Shown piece by piece: positions 18,827-29,306 of a DNA stretch of 64,000 nucleotides. The DNA comes from Pedobacter sp. (GTDB taxonomy: Bacteria; Desulfobacterota; Desulfuromonadia; Desulfuromonadales; Syntrophotaleaceae): NCBI GenBank assembly GCA_050253415.1, contig JBFWJC010000005.1:64001-128000 (forward strand), written 5' to 3'. Position 1 is the stretch's first letter; every line of letters starts with the position of its first letter. The notes beneath the pieces were generated by a model. That model was not told the origin of the DNA and did not search any database. It was given only the letters and a program-made list of their open reading frames with translations. Made by a program: the position numbers and the translations under genes.

Positions 18827-19092
18827 GAGGCTGTCGGACTTAGGTCAGAATCCGCTATAAAATGATTAACTCAGCCTATTCTGCGTAAACAGTCGATCCA
18901 TTCGCTCCCTTTGGGCTTACGCATTTACTTAAATCTGCTTCGAATTTCCACTATGTTAAAACGATTCTTTAAGTCCCACCGATTCCTAGAGTAATTGACA
19001 ATCTATTTCCGCTTCACTATATTAATTTTCAGCATTTTCAAACACCATTTGTGAAAACATACCATGACACAGAAGACTGAAAAGGACGCACC

Positions 19093-20859
19093 ATGAAACG
19101 CACCATGTTATCTGGAAACGAGGCCATTGCTCGTGGAGCTTTTGAGGCCGGTGTTAAGGTGGCTTCTGCTTATCCCGGTACGCCCAGCACGGAAATTCTT
19201 GAAAACATTACCCAATATCCCACCATCGATGCATCCTGGGCTCCCAATGAAAAGGTGGCACTCGAAGTAGGTATCGGTGCATCGTTCGGCGGTGGCCGGG
19301 CGCTTGTGGCGATGAAACACGTCGGGGTGAATGTTGCAGCAGACCCTTTGTTTACGCTTTCTTACACGGGGGTTAAGGGCGGGCTGGTTCTGGTGACCGC
19401 CGATGATCCCGAGTTGCATTCTTCCCAGAATGAGCAGGACAATCGCAATTACGCCAAGTTTGCCAAAATCCCCATGTTCGAACCGGCGGACAGCCAGGAA
19501 GCCCTGGATTTTACGTGTCTGGCTCTGTCCGTCAGTGAACAGTTCGATACGCCTGTTTTCTTGCGTACCACAACGCGTATTTCTCATTCCAAGTCGGTTG
19601 TCGAGCTTGGCGAACCGGTAACGGATCTTCCCTTGCCGTCGGCTGAAAAGAATCCTGCCAAATTTGTCATGCTGCCAGGCAATGCTCGCAAACGGCATGT
19701 ATTGGTTGAGGATCGTCTGCAACGCATGGAAGTGTGGGCCTGCCAGCAACCGTTCAACCGAATCGAAGTCGGGGAAGGTAAGGTTGGTGTCATAACAAGT
19801 GGTGTTTCTTATTTGTATGCGAAAGAGATTCTGCCTGACGCAGACATCCTGAAGCTGGGAATGGTCTATCCTCTACCAAAGCAGCTAATTAGGGATTTTG
19901 CCAATCGCTACGACACGTTATATGTCATAGAAGAACTTGATCCCTTTATCGAGGAACAGGTTCGGGCCATGGGGATTGCTGTACATGGCAAGGATCTGCT
20001 GCCCATCTGTGGTGAACTCACTCCCGGTCGCTTGCAAAAGGCGCTTACCGGCGAGGAATTCAAGAGTTTTTATATTCCGCAAGAACCTTTGCCCAACCGT
20101 CCGCCCAATATGTGTCCAGGGTGCCCGCACCGCAGTATCTTTCATACGCTCAATCGACTTAAGGCTTTTGTGACCGGCGATATCGGGTGTTACACCTTGG
20201 GCTTTATGGAACCCTTGTCCGCCATGGATACTTGCATCTGCATGGGAGCAAGTATCGGTAACGCAACCGGTATGTCAAAAGTGCTTGATGCACAGGATGC
20301 TCAGCGCATTGTTGCTGTTATCGGGGACTCGACCTTTCTGCACACCGGAATCAACGGTTTGATGGATATGGTTTACAATAAATCGACTGCCACGGTTCTG
20401 ATTCTGGACAACCGGACGACCGCCATGACCGGTCGCCAGGAAAACCCCGGTTCCGGGTATACCCTGGCAGGTGAAGAAACCTACCAAGTCGACCTCGAAG
20501 CCCTGTGCCGCAGTGTCGGGGTTAAGCATCTCACGGTGGTCGATCCTTATGATATTGCCCATACCCGTCAAGTTATTAAAACCGAGATGCAACGCCCCGA
20601 GGTTTCGGTAATCATAGCTAGACGGGCCTGTATGCTGGTTAAGCGGGATCCCGTTAAACGGCAGGCTGTGCTTGCGGTGGATGCGGAAAAATGCACAGGT
20701 TGCAAGGCATGCCTTGCCTTGGGCTGCCCGGCCATCGAATGGCAACCGGATGCTGGCGATAAAGGAAAAGCCGTTATTAATCCGCTGTTGTGCTGTGGGT
20801 GTGGTTTGTGTCCGCAGGTATGTCATTTTGATGCCATAGGAGGCCGTCATGAAGGATAA
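19093..20859 (+). CDS. iorA: Indolepyruvate:ferredoxin oxidoreductase alpha subunit
   Basis: SGNEAIARG, YPGTPSTEI, CPGCPHR, GDIGCY, GDSTFLHTG, C-terminal 4Fe-4S motifs. Confidence 0.93.
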   Translation: MKRTMLSGNEAIARGAFEAGVKVASAYPGTPSTEILENITQYPTIDASWAPNEKVALEVGIGASFGGGRALVAMKHVGVNVAADPLFTLSYTGVKGGLVLVTADDPELHSSQNEQDNRNYAKFAKIPMFEPADSQEALDFTCLALSVSEQFDTPVFLRTTTRISHSKSVVELGEPVTDLPLPSAEKNPAKFVMLPGNARKRHVLVEDRLQRMEVWACQQPFNRIEVGEGKVGVITSGVSYLYAKEILPDADILKLGMVYPLPKQLIRDFANRYDTLYVIEELDPFIEEQVRAMGIAVHGKDLLPICGELTPGRLQKALTGEEFKSFYIPQEPLPNRPPNMCPGCPHRSIFHTLNRLKAFVTGDIGCYTLGFMEPLSAMDTCICMGASIGNATGMSKVLDAQDAQRIVAVIGDSTFLHTGINGLMDMVYNKSTATVLILDNRTTAMTGRQENPGSGYTLAGEETYQVDLEALCRSVGVKHLTVVDPYDIAHTRQVIKTEMQRPEVSVIIARRACMLVKRDPVKRQAVLAVDAEKCTGCKACLALGCPAIEWQPDAGDKGKAVINPLLCCGCGLCPQVCHFDAIGGRHEG

Positions 20860-21442
20860 AGTGACCAATATTCTTATCTCGGGTGTTGGCGGACAGGGAA
20901 TCCTTCTGGCCAGCGAGGTACTTTCAGAGGTTTTGATGCTGGCCGGATACGATGTCAAAAAAAATGAAATTCATGGCATGGCTCAGCGTGGCGGAAGTGT
21001 CGTGTCGCATATTCGTTTTGGAACCAAGGTCTACTCCTCCATAATTCCGGAAGGTGAAGCCGATCTCCTGCTTGGGTTTGAATTGCTCGAAACGTATCGT
21101 TACTTGCCGCTGCTTCGTCAGGGGGCAAAGGTTGTGGCAAATAATTTGAAAATCCTGCCGCCACCTGTCACCCTCGGCAAGGAAAAGTATCCCGAGAATA
21201 TCCAGGAAAAAATCAAGAAAGCTTTTCCGGACACGCTGTTGGTCAATGGAATAGAGTTGGCCACTCAGGCTGGGAACCCGCGAACCGTTAATATCGCTCT
21301 TTTGGGTGCGATGGTCGGAACATTGCCGATCGAGGCTTCGTTGTGGCGTGAAACCTTGCGCCGGATGGTTCCTGAGCGTTTTCTTGACATGAATCTCAAG
21401 GCATTTGATCTCGGCTCCCAAGCCGCTTCAGCGCACAGCTAG
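20849..21442 (+). CDS. iorB: Indolepyruvate:ferredoxin oxidoreductase beta subunit
   Basis: GVGGQGILLAS, EIHGMAQRGGSV; overlaps the iorA stop. Confidence 0.93.
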   Translation: MKDKVTNILISGVGGQGILLASEVLSEVLMLAGYDVKKNEIHGMAQRGGSVVSHIRFGTKVYSSIIPEGEADLLLGFELLETYRYLPLLRQGAKVVANNLKILPPPVTLGKEKYPENIQEKIKKAFPDTLLVNGIELATQAGNPRTVNIALLGAMVGTLPIEASLWRETLRRMVPERFLDMNLKAFDLGSQAASAHS

Positions 21443-21457
21443 GGGAGGGGCTCCGCC

Positions 21458-22759
21458 ATGTACTGGAATGAAGAATTTGAAACCCTGCCGCGCGAAGCGA
21501 TCGAGGCTCTGCAGCTCAAACGGTTGCAGCATGCCGTAGAGCGGGTTTATGCCACGGTACCCTTTTATCGGGAAGCGTTCCAAAAAGCTGGAGTGACTCC
21601 TGATAAGATTAAGTCCCTCTCGGATCTCCAGCGTTTGCCTTTTACGCTTAAGCAGGATATGCGTGACAACTACCCTTATGGGTTGTTTGCCGTGCCTATG
21701 GAACGTATCGTGCGGATTCATGCCTCGTCCGGCACTACCGGCAAACCCACCGTTGTCGGCTATACCCGTCGCGATATTGAAATATGGTCGGAATTGATGG
21801 CCCGCTCTTTTGGCGCGGCGGGTGTCGGTCGTGGTGACGTTATTCATAATGCTTACGGCTATGGCTTGTTTACAGGCGGCCTGGGAGCCCATTACGGTGC
21901 CGAAAAACTCGGTGCCGCAGTGATTCCCATGTCCGGTGGCAACAGCAAAAAGCAGATCATGATCATGCAGGACTTTGGTTCCACCGTCCTTACCTGCACC
22001 CCTTCCTACAGCCTCTATCTTGCAGAAGTTGCTGCTGAACAGGGGGTCGATATCAAGAGTTGCGCTCTGCGCGTAGGTATTATGGGTGCCGAGCCGTGGA
22101 GTGAATCGATTCGTGCCGAGATCGAGGAAAAGCTTAATATCAAGGCCATCGATATATACGGCCTGTCGGAAATTCTCGGACCCGGGGTGGCGATCGAATG
22201 CATTGAAGAACAGCATGGCCTGCACATCTGGGAAGACCATTTCATCGCCGAGATTATCAATCCCGATACCGGTGAAGTTTTGCCCGCAGGGGAGCAGGGT
22301 GAGTTGGTGATTACCACCATCACCAAAGAAGGCATTCCCATGATCCGCTATCGGACGCGTGATATCACCCGCTTGATCACCGAGCCATGTCGCTGCGGAC
22401 GAACCCATCGTCGCCTGGAGCGCATGAGCGGTCGCACGGATGATATGCTTATCATACGCGGGGTGAACGTATTCCCGTCGCAGATCGAGAGCGTGTTGAT
22501 GAAGATTGAGGGCGTTGAGCCTCATTATCAGTTGATCATCGATCGTGAAGAGAATCTTGACTCACTCGAAGTGCAGGTAGAAGTCAACGAAGATACTTTC
22601 TCCGACACAGTTAAAACTTTGCAGGATCTTGCCGCTCGCATTCGTAAGGAAATCAAGGAACTGCTCGGCATTACCTGCAAAGTTCGCCTGGTAGAACCTA
22701 AAACCATTGCCCGGTCGGAAGGAAAAGCCCAGCGCGTAATCGATCAACGCATCAAGTAA
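21458..22759 (+). CDS. paaK: Phenylacetate-CoA ligase family protein
   Basis: [47 protein letters not shown]. Confidence 0.92.
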   Translation: MYWNEEFETLPREAIEALQLKRLQHAVERVYATVPFYREAFQKAGVTPDKIKSLSDLQRLPFTLKQDMRDNYPYGLFAVPMERIVRIHASSGTTGKPTVVGYTRRDIEIWSELMARSFGAAGVGRGDVIHNAYGYGLFTGGLGAHYGAEKLGAAVIPMSGGNSKKQIMIMQDFGSTVLTCTPSYSLYLAEVAAEQGVDIKSCALRVGIMGAEPWSESIRAEIEEKLNIKAIDIYGLSEILGPGVAIECIEEQHGLHIWEDHFIAEIINPDTGEVLPAGEQGELVITTITKEGIPMIRYRTRDITRLITEPCRCGRTHRRLERMSGRTDDMLIIRGVNVFPSQIESVLMKIEGVEPHYQLIIDREENLDSLEVQVEVNEDTFSDTVKTLQDLAARIRKEIKELLGITCKVRLVEPKTIARSEGKAQRVIDQRIK

Positions 22760-22788
22760 CCACGCATACCTGAGATAGGGGAGGTCGC

Positions 22789-23220
22789 ATGAAGGTTCAG
22801 CAGATTTCCGTTTTTATTGAAAACATACCCGGGCGTCTTGCCGAGGTAAGCAGGGTACTCGGTAAAGCTGGGATCAACATCCGCGCTCTGTCTTTAGCCG
22901 ATACCTCTGATTTTGGCGTTTTGCGCTTAATTGTTGATAAAATCGATCGCGCCAAAGAAGTGCTTGCAGAGCATCAATTTACGGTTACCAAGACCGATGT
23001 TGTCGCCGTGGAAGTTCCAGACCGCCCTTTGGGTCTTGCTGAAATCCTCCACATACTCGACTCTGCAGGAGTAACGGTTGAATATCTCTACGCCTTCGTT
23101 GAACGTATGGAAGAAAATGCTGTGATTATTTTCAGATTTGATAATGTTGATGAAGCTGTAAAGGTTTTGATGGGGGCCGGAATCAAAATTCTTCCAGGTG
23201 AAAGAGTATATAATTTGTAG
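22789..23220 (+). CDS. Tandem ACT-domain protein
   Basis: [13 protein letters not shown]...[21 protein letters not shown]; usual neighbour of paaK/ior. Confidence 0.88.
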   Translation: MKVQQISVFIENIPGRLAEVSRVLGKAGINIRALSLADTSDFGVLRLIVDKIDRAKEVLAEHQFTVTKTDVVAVEVPDRPLGLAEILHILDSAGVTVEYLYAFVERMEENAVIIFRFDNVDEAVKVLMGAGIKILPGERVYNL

Positions 23221-23293
23221 GCGTTGTTTGACAAAACGCCGAAGTACTTGATTTTTAATGAAAAATATTCCCTGCCTGATGTATGATTTTAGC

Positions 23294-23322
23294 TTGACAA
23301 TTGGTCGCAGATTTAGCATAAT
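23294..23322 (+). promoter_or_regulatory. sigma70 promoter of tRNA-Pro
   Basis: TTGACA-17-CATAAT followed by a GC-rich discriminator ccgcgggc. Confidence 0.7.
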
Positions 23323-23339
23323 CCGCGGGCGTTGATTGA

Positions 23340-23417
<78 letters not shown>

Positions 23418-23420
23418 CGC

Positions 23421-23458
23421 AAAAGAGCCGCAATGAAAATTGCGGCTCTTTTTTTTTT
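23421..23458 (+). terminator. Rho-independent terminator after tRNA-Pro
   Basis: aaaagagccgcaat-gaaa-attgcggctctttt plus T run. Confidence 0.85.
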
Positions 23459-23575
23459 GATCAGCCTGGGGTGTGAATTCGCTGCGCTGAACGATATAAA
23501 GGTTGCTGGGTAAAATCGAGGGAAGCCTTCATCCTCCCTTAACCAAACTCTCCTTCTGAATTATTTTCTCAGTCC

Positions 23576-24340
23576 TCATCTGGAAATCTCCAATTCCCTC
23601 TTTTTTGTATAGAACAGCCTGACCATTTCGTATTCGAAAGGCGACCCCGTCTGGTAATACCGAAAGGATTGCCTGTGTCTTCGATCAACGCTGCTGACAC
23701 CTGTAAAGCTGCGAGACGCTGCATTGCTTTCTACCCAGGCAACGGGTCCCACACCGGCAAAGCTGGCAGAGTCACCGAGAATGCCAATGGTATCGCGCAG
23801 ATTTGACGGCCCAAGGATGGGCAGTATCAGGTATGGACCATGTCCTGCTCCGTAATAGCCGAGGGTCTGACCAAAATCCTCCGGTTGTTGATGTATTCCC
23901 CATCCTGTTGCGGGATCCCAGAGACCGCCGATTCCTACCGTGCTATTGATGACAAGCCTGGAAAGAGTAATCCCCGTGCCTTGTAATTTTCCCTGCAGGA
24001 GGTTGTTGAACAGATTGTTGAATTCGAACACGTTGTCGACAAAATTCGATATTCGGTCTTCTACATAGTTCGGCAAGACAAAATCGTAAGCACTTACCAC
24101 CGGTAAAAAAATATATTTATCGAAATAATAGTTAAATCTGTAGGTTCCTCGGTTGAACCCCTCCAGGGGATCGTAAATCTCCAGTGGGTGTTGTTTTCCG
24201 TTATCCACCAGATCCTCGTATTTCCGTATTGGCGGTTGTGTTTCCATGGTTGTGCGGGGCAGGGTGCTGCAACCGGTTAACAGAAGTCCTGAACACAGAA
24301 TTATGGGTGTCAGTATGGTGAAAATCAGGCGTCCTATCAT
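23576..24340 (-). CDS. mlaA: MlaA/VacJ-family lipoprotein
   Basis: Lipobox LLLTGC, DPLEGFNR, INSTVGIGGLWD, EDFGQTLG, PYLILPILGPS.LRD. Confidence 0.88.
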   Translation of the reverse strand: MIGRLIFTILTPIILCSGLLLTGCSTLPRTTMETQPPIRKYEDLVDNGKQHPLEIYDPLEGFNRGTYRFNYYFDKYIFLPVVSAYDFVLPNYVEDRISNFVDNVFEFNNLFNNLLQGKLQGTGITLSRLVINSTVGIGGLWDPATGWGIHQQPEDFGQTLGYYGAGHGPYLILPILGPSNLRDTIGILGDSASFAGVGPVAWVESNAASRSFTGVSSVDRRHRQSFRYYQTGSPFEYEMVRLFYTKKRELEISR

Positions 24341-24341
24341 T

Positions 24342-25631
24342 TTAGTTTTCCTCAGTGCGGAAAAAGTTTGTCATGAAGCGCACTACATCCGGATGGTTCA
24401 TGTTGCCGCAATGCCCTCCTAGCGGATAAATTTTCGCGCGGGGCCCGAAAATTTTGCGAATGTAATCGATGTCTCCCGGATCCAGAATGATATCGTCCTG
24501 GTTGTGCAATACGCCGATTTTATTCGCCTGTCGCAAGTAAGGTTCAAGGTAGTTAAGACTGAGTCTGTCTATCAGATTTTCCTCGGTCAGATTGGGGGTG
24601 AATTGTCTGATATGAGGAAACAGGTATTGATGGAAATAGTCGCCAAACGTCGTGCGAGAAGCGACCATGGCGTAAGGAGTCAGGGAGGTGGCATAGTTGA
24701 ACCCGGCATTTTTCGGTGTTATGTATCCTCCTCCGTTCATGATGTCTGCAGTGAAAATCATATTGGAGGACGACATGCGGAAGGAGAGACCAATGATAGC
24801 TCGGAGAACAGGTTCGCGGCGTGGATACCTTTCATGTACCTTGTAAATATATTCACCGGAAAATTCGAAATAGCCCATTTCCTTGTAAATATCTGAAAGG
24901 TTTTGCATGACGTCGTCAAGCCAGGCTTTAAAATTATTGATCCCGCCAGGAATATTGTCGTCAAGCAAACGATCGAGAATGGAGACCGAACGGTAAAGGC
25001 TGACTGGTGGGTTGATGAGCAACACTTTTTTGAATTGAAATTCCTTTTGCTCCTCGTCAAGTTTAGATACGAAAGCCGACTGAATGCCACCAAGGCTGTA
25101 GCCGGTAAGGTAATAGTTTGTGACGGAAATCTGATTGCTGACCTTTTCCATGGCCAGGCGCATGACCCGGTACAAGTCTTTGGCATCTTCGGTAAGGTCG
25201 CCGGGGACCATACTGGTGGAGGCGTTGATGACAAAGTCCATATGTGTTGGAGAAGAGATGGAAAAAACGTGGAATCCCGCCTGGTATAAGGCGCGTTGCA
25301 GGTCAACCATCTTTGGCGAATCGTAGCGAGCGCCGGTTCCGGCAATAATAAAGATGAGGGGCGCCTTGTGGTCCTGTTGTGCAAGGGAGCAGGGCAGTCC
25401 ATTTTCATACCAGAAAACTTTGGGGATATGTCTCTGCGGGAAAATCTTTAGATTGACAATTGTTTGTGGGATTTTTTTTGGGAGGTCTGCCTGCAATGCG
25501 GGCGGCGTTTCGATTACAGTCGCTTCATAAGGGTTGGTGAAAGGATAAAGGTAGCTGCTCTCGGCAATAGCGCCCCTTCCCGATCCAATAAGTACTATGA
25601 GGGTAAGTAGAATTATGCATAAGGAACGCAT
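24342..25631 (-). CDS. Secreted alpha/beta-hydrolase-fold protein
   Basis: Signal peptide, IIAGTG, nucleophile elbow GYSLGG, HNQDD, GGHCGN; 1-bp gap to mlaA. Confidence 0.7.
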   Translation of the reverse strand: MRSLCIILLTLIVLIGSGRGAIAESSYLYPFTNPYEATVIETPPALQADLPKKIPQTIVNLKIFPQRHIPKVFWYENGLPCSLAQQDHKAPLIFIIAGTGARYDSPKMVDLQRALYQAGFHVFSISSPTHMDFVINASTSMVPGDLTEDAKDLYRVMRLAMEKVSNQISVTNYYLTGYSLGGIQSAFVSKLDEEQKEFQFKKVLLINPPVSLYRSVSILDRLLDDNIPGGINNFKAWLDDVMQNLSDIYKEMGYFEFSGEYIYKVHERYPRREPVLRAIIGLSFRMSSSNMIFTADIMNGGGYITPKNAGFNYATSLTPYAMVASRTTFGDYFHQYLFPHIRQFTPNLTEENLIDRLSLNYLEPYLRQANKIGVLHNQDDIILDPGDIDYIRKIFGPRAKIYPLGGHCGNMNHPDVVRFMTNFFRTEEN

Positions 25632-25999
25632 GGCACTCTCCGATGAGTGAACCCTGGGGAGGGGTTCGCAATATTATGAGGGGGGAGGGGGCTTGCCCGC
25701 TCATGTGTAAAAACAAGGTTCATTAGCAATGTTTTAAATGTTGCTACCGGATCTCAATAGGAGATCGTCGTTCACAGATTATGTATTAACTAAAATGAAT
25801 TGGCAACACTATCCAATGAACTAAAACTTTAAAATGTAACTTACTGTAAATATGACTTTTATGCTCCTGAGATGGGATGAAGGGTGATGGGGGGAGGATA
25901 GGTTGTGCCAACTGAAAAAAAATTACTGGTTGTAAAACAGTTTTTGTTTTGTATCATTACCAGTTGTATGTGCAGGTCTTTTGTTCAGGGGGGTACGTG

Positions 26000-26245
26000 A
26001 TGTCGAAAGATTGTTTTGTCTTGGAGAGGCACCAGGAATACGCACAGAGTCTCAAAGAAATGCACTTTCGCTTGGGGCGGATGGCTACAGAGTTGACGGA
26101 TATTTACGGTAAGCCGTCGGCTTATTATGCCAAAAAAGCTCAGGATGCTATCGAAAGCCTAAGGGAATTGCTTGGCGAGGCTTTGTATGCCGAGCACCCT
26201 GAGCTTGATCAGGACGAATCGGGCCTTCTTTACATTATCTCCTGA
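26000..26245 (+). CDS. Small hypothetical helical protein
   Basis: Open frame with G-rich RBS before ATG 26000; no family recognised. Confidence 0.5.
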   Translation: MSKDCFVLERHQEYAQSLKEMHFRLGRMATELTDIYGKPSAYYAKKAQDAIESLRELLGEALYAEHPELDQDESGLLYIIS

Positions 26246-26319
26246 AAATCCTATCTCTCATCTTTTCTTCATGGTTAATCATTCCGGGTATCGGGACAGG
26301 ACAGGTACGCCCTTGCGGA

Positions 26320-26763
26320 CTAAATTTTTTGAATCCCGAGCGCCTCGGGAAGCGTCTCGACAAATGCCCTGATTTCATCTCGTATCCGCCTGTAACAATT
26401 CAGTTTATCTTCCTCAGTAGTAAAACTTTTCGCCATTTTGGGTGGGTCGTCAAACCCGACGTGGACCACGGTGGCCTGGCCGGGAAATACCGGACAGGTT
26501 TCATGGGCATGTCCACAAACTGTGATGACGTAATCGAAGGGGATGTCGAGCATGTCGCGGATATTCTGCGACTCTTGAGTCGAAATATCGACCCCTGCTT
26601 CGGACATCACCTGTACTGCCAGCGGATTAAGGCCGTGGGTCTCTATGCCGGCGGACCAGACTTCAACCTGATCGCTTTTAAGGTGTCTTGTCCAGCCCTC
26701 TGCCATTTGACTGCGGCAAGAATTTCCGGTGCATAAAAAGAGCACTTTAATTCTGTTTTGCAT
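26320..26763 (-). CDS. arsC: Arsenate reductase, thioredoxin-coupled (LMW-PTP fold)
   Basis: VLFLCTGNSCRSQMAEG, ITVC...CPVFPG, FDDP. Confidence 0.9.
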   Translation of the reverse strand: MQNRIKVLFLCTGNSCRSQMAEGWTRHLKSDQVEVWSAGIETHGLNPLAVQVMSEAGVDISTQESQNIRDMLDIPFDYVITVCGHAHETCPVFPGQATVVHVGFDDPPKMAKSFTTEEDKLNCYRRIRDEIRAFVETLPEALGIQKI

Positions 26764-27188
26764 GGGGTAATTCCTTTCATTTATCTGAATAATGGGTGCA
26801 TCAGTAGGCTGACTTTGCCCACATTCAAAGATGTAAGCCCTCTATCTGTCAAGAATAAACCTCCCAAAATCTTCAATACTCATCTAGTTATCTTGGACAA
26901 GGAATCCTGGTCGCCTGGTTTTGTCGACTCGCGTAATTGCTTTCTTTGTAACCACAGTAAAGTTGTGTGGAAACAATCTAGGCCACTTTTAAAAAAATAT
27001 ACGGGGTAAATTGGTTTATACTTTTCCGTAACACATCGAAATAATTACACCTATCCGATTTCTTGAGAGTATAACACAGCAAAGCACTGTGTTATTACCT
27101 AAAATTATGCTTGACTGAATAACAAAAGAAAGTTATCTTTCATGCAACTAACCCGACAAAAAAAATAGGAAATAGGTGGAGGACTGCC

Positions 27189-27413
27189 GTGGACACAGCC
27201 CGTCGTAGTATTGCAAAAGCCCTTTCGTGGAGGTTTCTCGCTTCCGCGATTACCGGCGTGATCGTTTACCTGGTGACAGGAGAGCTTGAATATGCTGCGG
27301 GTATTGGTCTGGCCGATACCATCATCAAGCTGGTGGTATATGTGGGCCACGAACGTCTCTGGAACAATATTAGCTATGGGCGCGTTGAGAAGCAGCCCGA
27401 GTATTTTATCTGA
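27189..27413 (+). CDS. DUF2061-type small membrane protein
   Basis: RSIAKALSWR...HERLWNNISYG; heads the cys operon. Confidence 0.75.
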   Translation: MDTARRSIAKALSWRFLASAITGVIVYLVTGELEYAAGIGLADTIIKLVVYVGHERLWNNISYGRVEKQPEYFI

Positions 27414-27432
27414 AACGCTAGGGGAGGTCGGT

Positions 27433-28146
27433 ATGTCGCAGGATGAAATTAACAAAAACGATTTGCGGTTGCCTGAGGTTGAAGGACTCCAACCTGAGGA
27501 AATCATTCTTGCTGGTGTTAAGGCTGCCTCTGGGGGCGTATCCATGGCCTGCTCTTTTAGTGTCGAGGATGTGGTGGTTGTCGATATGCTGCAAAAAATC
27601 GCTCCCCAGGTGCGGGTTTTTGCCCTCGATACCGGCCGACTCAACGAAGAAACCTATCAGGTTGCCGAATCGGTAAGGGTCCGTTACGACCTGCAGATCG
27701 ACTGGTATTTCCCTGAGCGTCAGGCGGTGGAAAATCTTGAAAGGGATAAAGGGCTTTTCTCTTTTCGCGAAACGCTTGAAAACCGCCATGAATGTTGCCG
27801 TATCCGCAAAGTCGAACCTCTTCAGAGGGCACTACAAGGACTCGGCGCGTGGGTTGTCGGTTTACGGCGTGAGCAAAGTGTGACGCGAGCCAATCTTCAA
27901 GCCCTTGAGGTTGATCAGGCTCATGGCGGGATTATCAAAATTTCCCCTTTGGTTAATTGGACCGAAAAGGAAGTCTGGGCGTATGCGGAAAAGCATGCGT
28001 TGCCCATCAACCGCTTGCATCGCATGGGGTATCCCTCCATAGGCTGCGCTCCCTGCACACGGCCCATCGAGCCGGGGGAAGATTTAAGGGCTGGGCGCTG
28101 GTGGTGGGAGAATCCGGAGCATAAGGAATGTGGTTTACACAAATAA
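27433..28146 (+). CDS. cysH: Assimilatory APS reductase (Fe-S type CysH)
   Basis: LDTGRL, ECCRIRKVEPL, GYPSIGCAPCT, RAGRW, KECGLH; RBS ggaggt before ATG 27433. Confidence 0.92.
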   Translation: MSQDEINKNDLRLPEVEGLQPEEIILAGVKAASGGVSMACSFSVEDVVVVDMLQKIAPQVRVFALDTGRLNEETYQVAESVRVRYDLQIDWYFPERQAVENLERDKGLFSFRETLENRHECCRIRKVEPLQRALQGLGAWVVGLRREQSVTRANLQALEVDQAHGGIIKISPLVNWTEKEVWAYAEKHALPINRLHRMGYPSIGCAPCTRPIEPGEDLRAGRWWWENPEHKECGLHK

Positions 28147-28236
28147 GGCGGATCCGGAAAAGCGGAAATCGCCTGAGAATAAGGCAATAGTCCGAATGTC
28201 GACAGACTTCGGTCTGGAACCCGGGATAACACCCCG

Positions 28237-29142
28237 ATGGAGAATGTCATGACTCATCTGGAACAGTTGGAAGCGGAAAGTATACATATTATTCGTGAGG
28301 TTGCCGCCGAGTTCGAAAATCCGGTGATGCTCTATTCCATCGGTAAGGATTCGGCAGTGATGCTGCACCTGGCCCGTAAGGCCTTTTATCCTGCGCGGCC
28401 ACCGTTTCCGTTGATGCATGTCGATACGACCTGGAAGTTCCGGGAAATGATCACGTTTCGCGACCAGATGGCTGCCGAATGCGGCTTTGATCTGCTGGTG
28501 CATGTCAATGAGGAAGGCGTTCGGCAGGGGATTAACCCATTTGTCCACGGCTCGGCCGTGCATACGGACGTCATGAAGACCGAAGGTTTAAAGCAGGCGC
28601 TGGACAAGTATAAATTTGATGCGGCTTTCGGCGGCGCCCGTCGTGACGAGGAAAAGTCGCGCGCAAAAGAGCGAATTTTCTCCTTTCGTACGGCCAGTCA
28701 TCGCTGGGATCCGAAAAATCAGCGACCCGAACTTTGGAACATATACAACGCCAAGGTACAGCCGGGAGAAAGTATTCGCGCGTTTCCCCTTTCCAACTGG
28801 ACCGAACTTGATGTGTGGCAATACATTTACCTGGAGAATATCCCCATTGTGCCCCTCTATTTAGCCAAGGAGAGGCCGGTGGTGGAACGTGACGGCATGC
28901 TGATACTGGTTGACGATGACCGTCTGCAGTTGCGGCCCGGCGAAGAGGTTCAAATCAAGTCGGTACGCTTTCGTACCCTTGGTTGCTATCCGTTGACCGG
29001 GGCTGTGGAGTCGACGGCGGCAACCTTGCCGGAGATTATCCAGGAGATGCTTTTGACCCGTACTTCCGAGCGCCAGGGCCGGCTCATCGATCACGATCAG
29101 AGCGGATCGATGGAAAAGAAGAAGCAGGAAGGGTACTTTTGA
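28237..29142 (+). CDS. cysD: Sulfate adenylyltransferase subunit 2
   Basis: [52 protein letters not shown]. Confidence 0.96.
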   Translation: MENVMTHLEQLEAESIHIIREVAAEFENPVMLYSIGKDSAVMLHLARKAFYPARPPFPLMHVDTTWKFREMITFRDQMAAECGFDLLVHVNEEGVRQGINPFVHGSAVHTDVMKTEGLKQALDKYKFDAAFGGARRDEEKSRAKERIFSFRTASHRWDPKNQRPELWNIYNAKVQPGESIRAFPLSNWTELDVWQYIYLENIPIVPLYLAKERPVVERDGMLILVDDDRLQLRPGEEVQIKSVRFRTLGCYPLTGAVESTAATLPEIIQEMLLTRTSERQGRLIDHDQSGSMEKKKQEGYF

Positions 29143-29289
29143 TTTCTGATCGAGATCAGAAATCAAAAGTAAGCCGTCAGCTGTAAGCTGTAAGTTTGAA
29201 ATTACTTCTTGTAACTAGAAAAGCAGCTTAGAACATATATTTAAGGAATTGCTTTACTTCCAGCTTATAGCTTCCAGCTTAAAGCTTTT
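29134..29289. repeat. Perfect 18-bp inverted repeat plus two complementary heptamer-repeat arrays between cysD and cysN
   Basis: tacttttgatttctgatc-ga-gatcagaaatcaaaagta (29134-29171); taagccg tcagctg taagctg taag (about 29170-29194) versus agcttat agcttcc agcttaa agctttt (about 29262-29289). Confidence 0.8.
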
Positions 29290-29306
29290 AAAATCGGAGA
29301 TTTTAT

